Of a stretch of 63,588 bases of DNA, positions 62,876-63,588 are shown piece by piece. The position numbers and the translations under genes were made by a program. The notes under the pieces were generated by a model. That model worked only from the letters and a program-made list of their open reading frames with translations. It searched no databases and was not told the origin of the DNA. The stretch comes from Octopus sinensis (lineage: Eukaryota), in NCBI RefSeq assembly GCF_006345805.1, contig NW_021832012.1, forward strand, positions 1 to 63,588, written 5' to 3'. Numbering within the stretch: the first letter of the stretch is position 1; the number at the start of each line of letters is the position of its first letter.

Positions 62876-63118
62876 CCGTTGCTATTATGTTAAACTGTCG
62901 TATATCCAAATTTGGCCAAATGCGTTCTTTTCAATATATTTGCTTGCAATAGGCGGTTCTTTTGGCCAAACTATCCTATCTCCAGCCGCTTCAGATGCTA
63001 AGATATAAAGAAATGTCAGTGTTGTACAACAGTTTTGCTATGGAATGGTGAAACTATTCTTTCGTTTTCTGAAAGGGCAACGTTTTGGACTTACGACACT
63101 TTTGCATAATAGCAACGA
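62876..63118. mobile_element. MITE with ~40-bp imperfect TIRs
   Basis: TA|ccgttgctattatgttaaactgtcgta / ttacgacacttttgcataatagcaacga|tg. Confidence 0.7.
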
Positions 63119-63145
63119 TGTGTGTGTGAGTGCGTGTGTGTATGG

Positions 63146-63530
63146 AGGCGCAGGCGTGGCTGTATGGTAAGAAGCTTGCTTCCCAACAACATGGTTCCCG
63201 GTTCAGTCCCACAGCATAGTATTTTGGGCAGGTGACCTCTGCTATAGCCTCAGGCTGACCAATGCCTTCTGAGTGGATTTGGTAGACGGAAACTGAAAGA
63301 AGCCCGTCTTATATATATATAGGTATCTTTGCGTCTGTGTTTGTCCCCCACCCCACCCCGCCATCGCTTGACAAGCAATGTTGGTGTGTTTATGTCCCCG
63401 TAACTTAGCCTAGAACAAGTACTAGGCTTACAAAGAATAAGTCCTGGGGTCGATTTGTTCGGCTTAAGACGGTGTTCCAACAAGGCCGCAGTGAAATGGC
63501 TGAAACAAATAAAAGAATAAAAGAATATAA
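63146..63530 (+). mobile_element. SINE S1 (diverged)
   Basis: ggcgcaggcgtggctgtatggtaag...gaaacaaataaaagaat. Confidence 0.87.
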
Positions 63531-63588
63531 GACGTATTAGCCGCCTGTGGACCATAGTAGAAGAGACTTGGCAATGTGCGGCGCAATG

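Overview
AT-rich animal genomic DNA, very probably octopus (Octopodidae): it is packed with (TA)n/(CA)n/(TACA)n/(TAGA)n microsatellites and abundant tRNA-derived SINEs resembling the octopus OK/OR1/OR2 types. I cannot confidently identify any host protein-coding exon. Nearly all supplied ORFs are microsatellite read-throughs or SINE translations, so the window looks intronic or intergenic. It contains dozens of SINE copies (at least three families), three non-autonomous Helitrons with intact A|TC...CTAG|T ends, Tc1/mariner and pogo/Tigger MITEs, a Mutator-like MITE with a 9-bp TSD, and decayed non-LTR ORF1 (CCHC) and RT fragments. The main signal no ORF track shows is a set of minimal type-I hammerhead-ribozyme motifs with palindromic stem III, belonging to several Penelope-like or retrozyme-like repeat families. 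One has a perfect core (8004-8048) and sits in a 348-bp tandem monomer whose upstream partial copy keeps exactly the strand a dimeric hammerhead would need as substrate. This is a candidate retrozyme/circRNA, embedded in a template-switch mosaic. Also notable are a Mutator MITE whose internal 22-nt repeat array is interrupted by fragments of two other repeats, and a ~765-bp zero-spacer palindrome centred inside a 1.6-kb TIR element that splits a SINE. Scattered single-base indels between duplicated copies at 5.6-8.2 kb and 30.6-31.4 kb mean long-read assembly artefact must be excluded there. All alignments and folds were done by eye.
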